Positions 29,695 to 40,152 are shown, counted from the stretch's first letter. The stretch is 64,000 bases of DNA from Candidatus Zhuqueibacterota bacterium (GCA_049322915.1 JBMOPW010000020.1:224001-288000), one strand, 5' to 3'. Numbers and translations are program-made. The notes: a model not told the origin generated them from the letters alone.

Positions 29695-30657
29695 ATGCCA
29701 CTGCTGTTTGATATGCCTTTGGAAGAGTTGTACACTTATGCCGGCTGCAATCCACGACCGGATGACTTTGATCAATTCTGGGATTCGGGATTGGAGGAGA
29801 TGCATTCCATTGAGCCGAAAATTGAACTGGTCCATGCGAAGTTTCAGACGTCATTTGCCGAGTGTATGGATTTATACTTCACCGGCGTTGGCGGCGCGAG
29901 AATACATGCGAAATTTATTCATCCGCGCAATGCAAAAAAGCCGCATCCGGCAGTGCTGATCTTCCACGGGTACGCGGGCAATTCCGGCGACTGGACGGAC
30001 AAGTTAGGGTATGCAGCGCTGGGCTACACCGTGGCGGCGTTGGATTGTCGCGGCCAGGGCGGGAAATCCGAGGACAAAGGCGGCGTATTTGGCCACACAT
30101 TGAACGGACACATTATCCGCGGGTTGGACGATGTGCCGGAGAAGATGCTGTACCGGCAAATCATGCTGGATACGGCGCAATTGGCGGGCATTGTCATGGC
30201 CATGCCGGACGTGGATGAGAATCGCGTCGGCGCCCTGGGCGGCAGTCAGGGTGGCGCTTTGACTCTGGCCTGCGCCGCGCTGGAGCCGCGCATTAATCGC
30301 GCCGCGCCGGTGTTCCCGTTCCTCTCGGATTACAAACGCGTGTGGCAACTCGACCTGGCGGAACGCGCCTATGCCGAGCTGAAGGAGTACTTCCGTAAAT
30401 TCGATCCGCTGCATCAGCACGAGGAGTGGGTATTCACGCGATTGGGCTACATCGATATCCAGCACCTCTGTCCGCGCATTGCCGGCGAGGTGTTCCTGGG
30501 CGTCGGCCTGATGGATACAATTTGCCCGCCATCGACCCAATTCGCTGCCTACAACAAAATCACAGCGAAGAAATCGCTGGCCATTTATCCTGATTTTGGC
30601 CATGAAGAGTTGCCCGGTCATGCGGACAGCGTGTTTCAATTCATGGCAGAAATGTAA
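29695..30657 (+). CDS. Acetyl xylan esterase / cephalosporin-C deacetylase (CE7)
   Basis: FDMPLEELYTY, RPDDFDQFW, FHGY, DCRGQGG, GGSQGG nucleophile, DTICPPSTQFAAYN and GHE. Start follows GGAGG. Confidence 0.92.
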   Translation: MPLLFDMPLEELYTYAGCNPRPDDFDQFWDSGLEEMHSIEPKIELVHAKFQTSFAECMDLYFTGVGGARIHAKFIHPRNAKKPHPAVLIFHGYAGNSGDWTDKLGYAALGYTVAALDCRGQGGKSEDKGGVFGHTLNGHIIRGLDDVPEKMLYRQIMLDTAQLAGIVMAMPDVDENRVGALGGSQGGALTLACAALEPRINRAAPVFPFLSDYKRVWQLDLAERAYAELKEYFRKFDPLHQHEEWVFTRLGYIDIQHLCPRIAGEVFLGVGLMDTICPPSTQFAAYNKITAKKSLAIYPDFGHEELPGHADSVFQFMAEM

Positions 30658-30903
30658 TGTCGAACGGAGACGCTGCCGCTGAAAACGCTGCATCACGATG
30701 GGTCGATTTTGCAGGGAGCGGTTTTTTATGCGGAGCGAATCATACCGGCGCGGTTCAGTCGCACGGTTCATGGACAGCGCCATTGCTTCAGATTTGAACA
30801 GAATTTCAGACTCTTTAAAAATATGAGAAATGCGGGACGCATGGTTTTTCATTCGAACTTTGTATCGAACAGACAGTGACCTACTTATTGAAAGGAAAAT
30901 GGC

Positions 30904-31584
30904 ATGGTGCATGATCTGAACTCGCTTTTAAAATTAATGGGAGAGGTGTTCAAAGCGCACCCCTGGCATGGCATTTCCATTGGCGACGGCCAGCCCAAAG
31001 TTGTGACGGCGTACATCGAGCTCGTGCCGGAGGATACGGTAAAATATGAATTGGACAAAGAAAGCGGCTTGCTCAAAGTGGATCGGCCGCAGGTGTACTC
31101 CAACATTTGTCCCACCCTGTACGGGTTGATTCCCCAGACCTATTGCGGTGAAAAAATTGCCGAATTCTGCCAGCAGAAAACCGGGCGGCAGCACATTGTG
31201 GGTGATGGCGATCCGCTCGATATTTGTGTCTTCTCTGAAAAGCTCATTCCCCACGGCGACGTGATTTTGCAGGCGCGGCCGGTCGGTGGTTTGCGCATGA
31301 TCGACCACGGCGAAGCGGATGACAAAATTATCGCTGTCATGAAAAATGACGCTGTGTTCGAGGAATGGGACGATATCACCGACTGCCCCAACAAAGTCAT
31401 CGAGCGATTGAAGCATTATTTTCTGACCTACAAACAAGCGCCGGGCAGCTCGCTGACCGATTGCGAAATCACAGATGTCTATAATAAACAGGAAGCCTAT
31501 GAGATCATCCGGCGTGGGTATGAAGATTACCGGTCAAAATTCCCGGAAATAGAAAACGTGATGTCCACGATGTTGCGCCGATGA
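30904..31584 (+). CDS. ppa: Family I soluble inorganic pyrophosphatase
   Basis: AHPWHG, VKYELDK, VDRP, YGLIPQTY, GDGDPLDICV, DDKII and HYFLTYK. Confidence 0.93.
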   Translation: MVHDLNSLLKLMGEVFKAHPWHGISIGDGQPKVVTAYIELVPEDTVKYELDKESGLLKVDRPQVYSNICPTLYGLIPQTYCGEKIAEFCQQKTGRQHIVGDGDPLDICVFSEKLIPHGDVILQARPVGGLRMIDHGEADDKIIAVMKNDAVFEEWDDITDCPNKVIERLKHYFLTYKQAPGSSLTDCEITDVYNKQEAYEIIRRGYEDYRSKFPEIENVMSTMLRR

Positions 31585-31865
31585 TTTTTAAAAGGATAAA
31601 ATCCAATGGCTGGTGGGCGTTCTTTCCTGCATTGGAACGGATTGAAAAATATATTATCAACAATCCGATAAAATGGTCGAATGATAGATTTCGCGCGCCG
31701 CGAAGATGAATAGGAATAAACAGAAACCGAATCGCCTCTCTCTGGGTGGAATTTCGCGTATCTATTTCGCGGCTGAAATTCGAATAGTTGAAGGAAAGCA
31801 AGAGTAAATACTTATTTACAAATAGGGGTTATCTATTTATAATTCGAAATAATTAAGGAACCTGA

Positions 31866-33329
31866 ATGAACGCCTGGACATGGAATATTCAAAATGAAGA
31901 TTTTCTTCAACGAACCATAAAAAGATGCCGCAGACAAAATATTATCCTCCCAACATTTCATCAACTCAGGCACCCTGATACGATTCCGCAGGAAATACAG
32001 GCCGGACTGGATTCAGTGAACATGCATGACCTGCATCCGCTCAATCTGTTCCGGATCAACTGGTGCAATGATCCCGCACATGGTCGGTTCGCCGGCATCA
32101 ATTATCTGGAAATTCCCCGGCAAATCACCGGCGTTGACGCGCGGATCATCGGATTGGTGGGCAAACATTTCCCAACCGGAGCGCACAAAGTCGGGGCGAC
32201 CTATGGCTGTCTCGCGCCGTATCTGGTCACCGGCCGCTTCGATCCGGAATACCACAAAGCGGTCTGGCCATCCACCGGTAACTACTGCCGCGGCGGCGTG
32301 TTCAATTCCAATTTGCTGTCGGTGCACTCTGTCGCCATTCTGCCGGAAGAAATGAGCCAGGAGCGTTTCGACTGGCTGCGCGAGCGCGCCGCCGAAGTAT
32401 ACGCCACGCCGGGCTGCGAGAGCAATGTCAAGGAAATTTACGACAAGTGTCACGAGTTGGAGGCCCTGAGCGACGAGTATTTGATCTTCAACCAGTTCGA
32501 TCAGTTCGGCAATGCTGTGTGGCATTACGAAATCACCGGCTTCACCATCGAGTCGCTGTTCGAGCAGGTGCGGGAGAGCAAGCAGCGCATGAGCGGGTAT
32601 GTCAGCGCGACCGGCTCGGCCGGAACCATTGCCGCCGGAGATTATCTGCGCACGAAATTCCCGCACGTGAAAGTTCTGGCCACTGAAGCAAAGCAATGCC
32701 CCACGCTGCTGATGAACGGATTTGGCGGCCATCGCATCGAGGGCATCGGCGATAAACACGTGCCCTGGATTCACAACGTGAAAAACCTGGATGCCGTCGC
32801 TGCCATCGATGATGAGCAAACGCTCCGAATTTTACGGTTGTTCAACGAGACAGCCGGCCAGGAATGGCTGATGCAGCAGGGCGTTCCCGGCGAGGAGGTC
32901 GGGAAACTGCCGCTGCTGGGGATATCCTCCATCTGCAATGTGCTCAGCGCGGTGAAATTAGCCAAATATTTTGAGTACAATGAAAATGATGTCATCTTCA
33001 CCATTTTCACGGATTCTGTGGAATTGTACCGCTCGCGGCTGGAGGAGATGCGGACTGCCCGGGGCGAATACACGAGTCGGCAAGCCGAAGTCGACTGGAC
33101 CAGCATTTTCAAAAATGCCGGTATCGACTATTTCAAAGAGCTATCGTATTTCGATAAAAAAGCGATCCATAATTTGAAGTATTTCACCTGGGTGGAACAG
33201 CAGGGCAAGGAAGTGGAGGAACTCAACGCCCAGTGGTATGACGAAAGTTACTGGCCTGAGCGATTTTCCATTGCGCCGCAATGGGATAAGTTTATCACTG
33301 AATTCAATGTAAATGTTGGATTGCTGTAA
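31866..33329 (+). CDS. Fold-type II PLP-dependent enzyme (cysteine-synthase/TrpB-like, long form)
   Basis: FPTGAHKVGA (PLP Lys), PSTGNY, ATGSAGT and HRIEGIGDKH. Confidence 0.85.
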   Translation: MNAWTWNIQNEDFLQRTIKRCRRQNIILPTFHQLRHPDTIPQEIQAGLDSVNMHDLHPLNLFRINWCNDPAHGRFAGINYLEIPRQITGVDARIIGLVGKHFPTGAHKVGATYGCLAPYLVTGRFDPEYHKAVWPSTGNYCRGGVFNSNLLSVHSVAILPEEMSQERFDWLRERAAEVYATPGCESNVKEIYDKCHELEALSDEYLIFNQFDQFGNAVWHYEITGFTIESLFEQVRESKQRMSGYVSATGSAGTIAAGDYLRTKFPHVKVLATEAKQCPTLLMNGFGGHRIEGIGDKHVPWIHNVKNLDAVAAIDDEQTLRILRLFNETAGQEWLMQQGVPGEEVGKLPLLGISSICNVLSAVKLAKYFEYNENDVIFTIFTDSVELYRSRLEEMRTARGEYTSRQAEVDWTSIFKNAGIDYFKELSYFDKKAIHNLKYFTWVEQQGKEVEELNAQWYDESYWPERFSIAPQWDKFITEFNVNVGLL

Positions 33330-33493
33330 AGAAGATTTGTCAAAAGACAACTTTTTTAGGACACTGATAAACGTTGATTAACACAGATTATTTTAAGTAA
33401 ATTTTTAAAAATAATGTTATTGCCCAATTTACCAATAACTTGAATGAATTTAGAATTCGTCAAAAATTTCATTCAATTAGCCCCATGGATTTT

Positions 33494-33518
33494 CTTCGCG
33501 TCTTGGCGTCTTAGCGGC
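33494..33518. repeat. Single arm of the 8-nt-periodic 25-bp repeat
   Basis: CTTCGCGTCTTGGCGTCTTAGCGGC. Confidence 0.55.
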
Positions 33519-33549
33519 AAAACAATACGTAGAAATCGGCGAGGCCACT

Positions 33550-35016
33550 ATGAACACTTCAGAGTTGAAAGTAATGCAGAATGTCTTCATTTCTAAAAAA
33601 GACAATCTGCTGCAATTGGCCGATATTCTATTCAGCAACAAAATTGAAAAAGTCATTCCCCTGTCCGAAAAATTGATCGATTGGCGTGACATTTCAACTG
33701 CGGAAAAATTGAAACAGTTTCTGCAAACAGCCTCCCCCGGAGACGATTACCCGGATCGAAAAAAAATTGAAGGTCGGTTCTTGCTGGCCATGCCCGGCGC
33801 CATCGATCCCCACGTGCATTTTAACACGCCGGGATTTGAGTCCCGGGAAAATTTTAAGCATGGGTCGCTGGCTGCTGCGTTTGGCGGCGTCACGACGATA
33901 ATGGATATGCCGTGCACATCGGTTCCGGCGGTCACTTCACGCGAAAATCTTGAAATAAAGCTCGACCAGATTCGTGGCAAAAGTCACGTCGATTATGCAC
34001 TCTGGGGCGGGATTTCGAGATTGGGTTTCTCCCCGGAAAAAGACCTCGAAAGTGATATCCATCGATTGGCTTTAGCCGGCGTAATCGGATTCAAGGCTTA
34101 TTTTTTATCCGGAATGGATACGTTCCCGGACCTGGATTTTGATCGGATGGAATTCGCTGCGATTGTGGCAGATGAAAATATGAGGCCTTTGGCCGTCCAT
34201 GCCGAAGAGAGAATATATGTCGTTCAACGGCAGCAGCGTTTTGAAATGATGGGGAGAAACGATTGGCGCGCGTATTGTGAGTCGCGCGACGATCTTGCCG
34301 AAGCAAAAGCAGTTGCCAGATTAATTCAGATTGCCCGGGATATTTCAGCAAAAATTCATGTCGTTCATTTGAGTTCAAAACTGGCGCTGGATTTGATTCG
34401 GGAAGCGCAGGCCAATAGCGTAAAAATCACCGCCGAGACATGTCCGCATTATCTTTATTTCACACAGGAAAATTTTAAGGACGAATCCATCGCCGCGTAT
34501 TTGAAAACCGCGCCGCCGGTGAAATTCGAAGTTGACAAAGAAGCGCTGTGGCAGGGGCTGCGGGACGGTGCTATTTCTTTCGTCACGACCGACCATGCCG
34601 GCTGCAATCCCAAAAAGGAGAAGTCGTCATTCAATTTCTGGGAGGTGTACGGCGGCATCCCCGGCGTGGAACACCGCGTGCCGTTTCTTTTCAGCGAAGG
34701 ATTCAAAAAAGGACGACTGACTCTGGCGCAAACCATTGATTTGTTGGCAACGAACGCAGCGCGATATTTTTCTATTTCGAAGCGAAAGGGCGAATTGAGT
34801 CCGGGCAAAGATGCAGATATGGCGCTGATAAATTTATGGGACGGGCAGGTCGTCGAAGCCGGAAATATGCACAGCAAAGGGAAGTACACGCCGTTCGAGG
34901 GCGTAACATTTTCGGCAGTGGTGGAAGCAACGTTTCTGCGGGGGCAATGCGCGATGGACAGAAATGGAGAGCCGGAAGTCGGTTTGGGATATGGTGAATT
35001 TATTAAGCCGGAATGA
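33550..35016 (+). CDS. Cyclic amidohydrolase (allantoinase/dihydropyrimidinase/dihydroorotase family)
   Basis: PGAIDPHVH, GGVTTIMDMP, GFKAY, VHAE, HVVHLS, ETCPHYL, TDHA and GKDAD. Confidence 0.9.
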   Translation: MNTSELKVMQNVFISKKDNLLQLADILFSNKIEKVIPLSEKLIDWRDISTAEKLKQFLQTASPGDDYPDRKKIEGRFLLAMPGAIDPHVHFNTPGFESRENFKHGSLAAAFGGVTTIMDMPCTSVPAVTSRENLEIKLDQIRGKSHVDYALWGGISRLGFSPEKDLESDIHRLALAGVIGFKAYFLSGMDTFPDLDFDRMEFAAIVADENMRPLAVHAEERIYVVQRQQRFEMMGRNDWRAYCESRDDLAEAKAVARLIQIARDISAKIHVVHLSSKLALDLIREAQANSVKITAETCPHYLYFTQENFKDESIAAYLKTAPPVKFEVDKEALWQGLRDGAISFVTTDHAGCNPKKEKSSFNFWEVYGGIPGVEHRVPFLFSEGFKKGRLTLAQTIDLLATNAARYFSISKRKGELSPGKDADMALINLWDGQVVEAGNMHSKGKYTPFEGVTFSAVVEATFLRGQCAMDRNGEPEVGLGYGEFIKPE

Positions 35017-35114
35017 AAAAATATTTTGCTCACGGATTACGCGGAAGCACGCGAAAACTAAAGTTGTAATTTATACATGCATTCCTGTGCATCAATTTTT
35101 TCAACGCGAAAAAT

Positions 35115-36449
35115 ATGAAAGAAGAAATTGAAAAGAAAATAATCAATGCGTGGATTTGCCAGGCTGACGGCAACAAAATTTCCCCGGTTTTTGGGGATGT
35201 GATTATTTCAAATGGTAAAATCGCCGAGATTCGGGAAAGAAATTTTGAAGCCTTTTGGAGCGAACCTGTTCATAATTCAGAAAATGTATTGAACGCGGTC
35301 GGGCGGGTTTTAACAGTGCCAATGATCAATTTTCACGATCATTTTTATTCCCGATTGGCAAAGGGGCTCCCTCTGTTCGGACCCATGGAAAATTTTCACA
35401 ACATCCTCGAAAATCTCTGGTGGAAGCTCGATCGGGCGCTGGATTTGGAAATGGTGGAGGCGTGCGCGCAAATGGGCGCGATGGAATCCATCCGAAATGG
35501 CGCGACGTATTTTTTCGATCACCATGCCTCGCCCGATGCAACTGCCGGCAGCCTGAATATCATTCGCGATGTTCTGGCGCAGTTCGGATTGCGCGGCGTG
35601 CTGTGTTTCGAAACCTCGGATCGCAATGGCAGTGAACTGGCAGCGGCTGGGCTTCGGGAAAATGAGCGATTCCTTCGCGAAGCGATGGCCGATGATTTCA
35701 AGGGCATGGTGGGGCTTCATGCGTCGTTCACTCTCACCGATGAAACGCTGCAGCGAGCCGCGGAGATTGTTCGAACCTGTGACGTTGGCATTCATATTCA
35801 TCTCTGCGAGGCTGGCGTCGATCCGGAACTCAGCTCGCAGCGATACGGCGCTTTTCCGACGCAGCGATTGGCGCATTTCAACCTTCTAAATGACCGATCG
35901 ATTTTATCTCATGGCGTTTTTTTGAGCGATGCCGATTATTCGCTCATCGCCCGATATGGTGCAGCCCTTGTCTATAATCCGGATTCGAACATGAACAACG
36001 CTGTGGGATTGCCGCAGTTCGCTCGTGTTCCTGCAGGAATTCCGATTCTGACCGGGACTGATGGCATGCACGCCAACGTGGCCCGCTCGATCAAACAACT
36101 TTACCTTCTGTTGCGCCACAGCGGTCTTGATTTCGAGGGGTCGTTTCAGCGGATTCAAACGAGTCATTTCGACCAATTAGCGTTTGTCAGAAAATATTTC
36201 CCTGACTTCCCGTCGCTGAAAATCAATGATCGGGCGGATATGATTTTGTGGGATTATGTTCCGCCAACGCCATATTCCGCGGACAATTTCTGGAGCCATT
36301 TTCTGTTCGGTATGCTGGAACGGAATATTCACAGCGTTGTTCAACGTGGCGCGTTTTTATTGAAAAATTTTCAGCTTGTCGGAGTCGATGAAGCGGCAAT
36401 CATGGAGAATATTTTTCGGCAGGGGAAAAGGCTGTATAATAAAGTGTAA
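35115..36449 (+). CDS. SsnA-like aminohydrolase (amidohydrolase superfamily)
   Basis: INFHDHFYSRLAKG, ILENLWWKLDRAL, DHHAS, CFETSDR, GLHASFT, HIHLCE, NPDSNMNNAVG and GTDG. Confidence 0.82.
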   Translation: MKEEIEKKIINAWICQADGNKISPVFGDVIISNGKIAEIRERNFEAFWSEPVHNSENVLNAVGRVLTVPMINFHDHFYSRLAKGLPLFGPMENFHNILENLWWKLDRALDLEMVEACAQMGAMESIRNGATYFFDHHASPDATAGSLNIIRDVLAQFGLRGVLCFETSDRNGSELAAAGLRENERFLREAMADDFKGMVGLHASFTLTDETLQRAAEIVRTCDVGIHIHLCEAGVDPELSSQRYGAFPTQRLAHFNLLNDRSILSHGVFLSDADYSLIARYGAALVYNPDSNMNNAVGLPQFARVPAGIPILTGTDGMHANVARSIKQLYLLLRHSGLDFEGSFQRIQTSHFDQLAFVRKYFPDFPSLKINDRADMILWDYVPPTPYSADNFWSHFLFGMLERNIHSVVQRGAFLLKNFQLVGVDEAAIMENIFRQGKRLYNKV

Positions 36450-36473
36450 GACCATAATTTGGGTAATTGAATC

Positions 36474-36602
36474 GCCGCGAAGTCGCAAAGACTCCAAGCG
36501 TTGGTGGGTTGCAACCAATCATATTATTTCAAATAGAACTCTGAATTGAAAAAAATGATATGATAAATAAATTAAAACTTTACGCCTTCGAGTCTTCGAG
36601 GC
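36474..36602. repeat. Inverted pair of 8-nt-periodic repeat arms around an AT-rich spacer
   Basis: GCCGCGAAGTCGCAAAGACTCCAAG (36474-36498) and CTTTACGCCTTCGAGTCTTCGAGGC (36578-36602). Confidence 0.6.
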
Positions 36603-36627
36603 GAAGAAAAGGAAATGGAAAAAATAA

Positions 36628-37071
36628 ATGAAACGAATACGTCCCATCGCACTGTGCATATTCAGAAATAATGGCAGAATTTTGGTCGGTGAGTTCCAGG
36701 ATCTCGTCAGCAAGAAAATATTTTATCGTCCCCTGGGCGGGGGCATTGAATTTTTGGAACCGGGGGAGAAGGCGGTCCAGCGGGAAATTCAGGAAGAGCT
36801 GTCTGAAGACATCGAAAACGTGAAGCTATTGGGCTACCTCGAAAATATATTCTTTCACGAGGGCGAGCACAAGCACGAAATTGTGATGGTGTTCGACGGG
36901 GAATTCAAAGATAAATCGGTTTACGCAAAAACACAGGTGGATGGCATGGAGGCCAATGGCGAGAAAATCAAGGCGCTGTGGAAGAGCCTGAGCGAATTCG
37001 GGGACAATGGCCTCACGCTTTATCCCGATGGTATGCTGGAATTTTTGAGGAGACATCGCTCGGAAGAGTAG
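36628..37071 (+). CDS. NUDIX hydrolase
   Basis: GGGIEFLEPGEKAVQREIQEEL Nudix box. Confidence 0.9.
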   Translation: MKRIRPIALCIFRNNGRILVGEFQDLVSKKIFYRPLGGGIEFLEPGEKAVQREIQEELSEDIENVKLLGYLENIFFHEGEHKHEIVMVFDGEFKDKSVYAKTQVDGMEANGEKIKALWKSLSEFGDNGLTLYPDGMLEFLRRHRSEE

Positions 37072-37136
37072 GAATTTTCGGGTAGGTCATTTTTTGCTGT
37101 ACTTGTTTTTATTAAAACGGTCAACGGAGAAAATAC

Positions 37137-37829
37137 ATGGAAATTTTAGATAAAATCCCTTTTCAACTCGACGAAGAAAAATTACTGAAGAAGCTGAGAA
37201 TTGATAAAGCGAGCGACTATTATGGTGAAATCAGCCGGCTGATTGAAAAGATTGCGCCGGTGGTGCGGCCAAAGGTTGTTTTTAGCGTTTCCTACATCAA
37301 CGAAAAAAACGCGGATTCGATTGTGCTGGATGGTGTTCGGTTCACCAGCCGCGTGCTCAGCGCCAACGTGGAGAAGGTGGAGCGTCTGTTCCCGTTCGTT
37401 GCCACGTGCGGAGCCGAGCTGGATGAGTTCGAAAAATCATGCGATGACATGCTGGAAATTTTCTGGATCGATACCATCAAATATTTTGCGCTGGAAACCA
37501 GCTCCCAATTTCTCAAAAATCAATTGAAAGAAAAATTTGCCCTCACAAAAATTTCCTCCATGAGTCCCGGTTCCGGCAAGGCAGACACCTGGCCCATCGA
37601 ACAGCAGAAGCAGCTTTTTTCGCTGTTCGGTGATGTGGAAGCGCTCATCGGCGTGAGGCTTACGGATAGCTGTTTGATGATCCCCAACAAATCGGTGTCC
37701 GGCATCTATTTCCCGCGGGACGTGACCTTCGAGAACTGCCAGTTGTGTCCCCGCGAAGGCTGCCCCGGCCGCCGCGCCGCGTACGACGAAAGCCTGCTGC
37801 ACTCATATTTCGATGAAGTGACGCAATGA
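37137..37829 (+). CDS. Stand-alone B12-dependent methionine synthase activation-domain-like protein with a Cys-rich tail
   Basis: FVATCG, SPGS, WPIEQQKQLF, IGVRLTDSCLMIPNKSVSGI and CQLCPREGCPGRR. Confidence 0.78.
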   Translation: MEILDKIPFQLDEEKLLKKLRIDKASDYYGEISRLIEKIAPVVRPKVVFSVSYINEKNADSIVLDGVRFTSRVLSANVEKVERLFPFVATCGAELDEFEKSCDDMLEIFWIDTIKYFALETSSQFLKNQLKEKFALTKISSMSPGSGKADTWPIEQQKQLFSLFGDVEALIGVRLTDSCLMIPNKSVSGIYFPRDVTFENCQLCPREGCPGRRAAYDESLLHSYFDEVTQ

Positions 37830-39109
37830 CTGTAAATTCATCCCCCAAAAAAGTGATTGTCATTGGCGGCGGACCTGCCGGGTTGATGGCAGCCGGCCAG
37901 GCCGCCCAAAATGGCGCCGAGACGATTCTGTTCGAAAAGATGAACCAGCCCGGGCGCAAGCTGAGAATCACCGGCAAGGGGCGCTGCAACCTGACCAATG
38001 TGGCGCCGGTTTCGGATTTCATCGAACATTTTGGCATGAATGGCAGATTCCTCCGCCAGGTCTTTTCCCGATTCTTCAGCGAGGAATTAATTGAATTTTT
38101 CAACCACCTGGGCGTGGAAACAATCGTCGAACGGGGAGGCCGCGTGTTCCCGGCAAGCGGTAGCGCGCCTGAGGTCGCCGCGGCGCTGTTGGCCTGGGCC
38201 AGGGAAAGCGGCGTTCGCATTATCACTGGTGCCAGAGCGGAAGGATTGATCGTCAGGGAGAATCGGCTCGTCGGCCTGAACGTGTTCAATATGAAGACAA
38301 AGCAAACCACGCAATACGAGGCCGATGCGATTATCATTGCAACAGGAGGTAAATCGTACCCGGGAACCGGCTCGACCGGGGATGGTTATCAATTGGCAAA
38401 ATCGGTCGGGCACACCATTGTTCCTGTCCGGCCGGCGCTGGTTCCGCTGGAAATAGCCGGGAAGATTTGTTCCCGGTTGAAGGGCCTGACCCTCCGAAAT
38501 GTGGAGGTGACTGTTTTCTCCGATGAAAAAATGATGGGCCGGGAATTTGGCGAAATGGAATTTGAGGAATACGGCGTCACCGGCCCGATTATCCTTTCGC
38601 TCAGCCGTCTCGTTGTCGAAGCCATCAGCGAAAAACGAAATGTCACTCTCTCCATCAATTTGAAGCCGGCCCTGGACGCGGAAAAGCTGGACGCCCGCCT
38701 GCTCAGGGAAGTGGACAGCAATGGTAAAAACGAATTCCAAAAAATGTTGACGGCCCTGCTCCCGGCACGGTTAATTCCCGTTTGCCTCGAAGCAGTCAAA
38801 ATTTTGCCGCAAAAGCCGTGTAGTCAAATCTCTGCGGAGGAACGGAAGCGATTAAGGCGCTGGTTGCACAACTTCACGCTGCAGGTAACCGGGTATCGCC
38901 CGTTCTCCGAAGCGCTGGTTACGGCCGGCGGCGTGGATTTGAGCGAGGTTTATCCCCGCACCATGGAATCGCGGATTCTCAACGGACTTTACTTTGCCGG
39001 CGAAGTGCTGAATGTGGATGCGGATACCGGGGGGTATAATTTACAGGCTGCGTTTTCTTCCGGGTACGTGGCAGGCCTTTCGGCGGCTGAGTTTCGAACT
39101 TTTAAATAA
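37826..39109 (+). CDS. HI0933/YhiN-family flavoprotein oxidoreductase
   Basis: IGGGPAGLMAA, GRKLRITGKGRCNLTN, ATGGKSYPGTGSTGDG, VTAGGV and AGEVLNVDADTGGYNLQAA. Confidence 0.92.
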   Translation: MTVNSSPKKVIVIGGGPAGLMAAGQAAQNGAETILFEKMNQPGRKLRITGKGRCNLTNVAPVSDFIEHFGMNGRFLRQVFSRFFSEELIEFFNHLGVETIVERGGRVFPASGSAPEVAAALLAWARESGVRIITGARAEGLIVRENRLVGLNVFNMKTKQTTQYEADAIIIATGGKSYPGTGSTGDGYQLAKSVGHTIVPVRPALVPLEIAGKICSRLKGLTLRNVEVTVFSDEKMMGREFGEMEFEEYGVTGPIILSLSRLVVEAISEKRNVTLSINLKPALDAEKLDARLLREVDSNGKNEFQKMLTALLPARLIPVCLEAVKILPQKPCSQISAEERKRLRRWLHNFTLQVTGYRPFSEALVTAGGVDLSEVYPRTMESRILNGLYFAGEVLNVDADTGGYNLQAAFSSGYVAGLSAAEFRTFK

Positions 39110-39275
39110 GAGAATACTTCAGCCGCCTGGCATTACTCTACATCAATCTCAAAGAAATCAGAACGAACATTGCCTAACCAATATCTGCCATCAGATAATT
39201 TTCGCTATTAATATACTACTTTTCTTCTAATAGCTAATTGGTTTCTAATAAAAGCAACAAATCATTTCCAATTCA

Positions 39276-40094
39276 TTATGGAATAATATTTACTGCAATC
39301 TCTGATATACGAGACACAACATTCCTACTGTTTATTACAACAAATTCTATTGTATGTACACCAAGAAAGGGTTCGGGCACATAATTTCGGGAGGCGATAA
39401 ATGTAAACACATTCTCAGGATCGCTCTCGACATTGAATAAGCCAAAAAGATATTGATATTCCAATGATTCATTCCGAGGATCAATTGCATTTACGGTTAT
39501 TTTTATAGATTCTCCCTCTTTCAAACTATTTTTACTTAACGTAATCGAATTTATTTTTGGAAGTGTGATAGAATTTTCAATTGATATGTATGACTCTTCT
39601 TCCAATATGTCAGCATCAATTGCTTTGGCTAAATCTATTACTTTTCCATAACTGCGAGAGTTAATTCTAAAGAGAGCATTTCTCCGAATAAACAAAATAT
39701 CTGCTACGTTGGTAGAATCCGGATTTGGTGACGACCACCATAATTCATCCCCGATAGATACTCCCTGTATTGGACCTTCCTGCATAATCCCGCTAATACT
39801 TTTCAAATATGCCAGGGCAGTTTTTACTGCATCTTCATGTGATTGATATATTCCTACAGTTAGAAATACAGATACCTGGTTATCAGATTTCTGATAAACG
39901 AATTCCCTGCCTCGATTCCACTGAGCGCGTTTTCTTATAAATTCAAACTCTGGTAGATATTTTTTTGCTATGCCTTCTACGCCAATTTTGGTAATAAATG
40001 TTTCATCATCTTTTGGATTAAAAATACCCTCGCAAAATAGAAAGAAGTATGGAAGTGTTAAGAAAAAAACGAAAAGGAACTGTTTAATTCTCAT
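39276..40094 (-). CDS. Hypothetical exported (probable lipo)protein with a C-terminal Ig-like segment
   Basis: 272-aa ORF in AT-rich DNA; hydrophobic leader ending in FLFC; GGAG RBS. Confidence 0.7.
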   Translation of the reverse strand: MRIKQFLFVFFLTLPYFFLFCEGIFNPKDDETFITKIGVEGIAKKYLPEFEFIRKRAQWNRGREFVYQKSDNQVSVFLTVGIYQSHEDAVKTALAYLKSISGIMQEGPIQGVSIGDELWWSSPNPDSTNVADILFIRRNALFRINSRSYGKVIDLAKAIDADILEEESYISIENSITLPKINSITLSKNSLKEGESIKITVNAIDPRNESLEYQYLFGLFNVESDPENVFTFIASRNYVPEPFLGVHTIEFVVINSRNVVSRISEIAVNIIP

Positions 40095-40152
40095 ATTAAT
40101 TTTCTCCTTACAAAAGAAAAAAAGAACAAAGTCAAGCTATTGCATGTGTACA

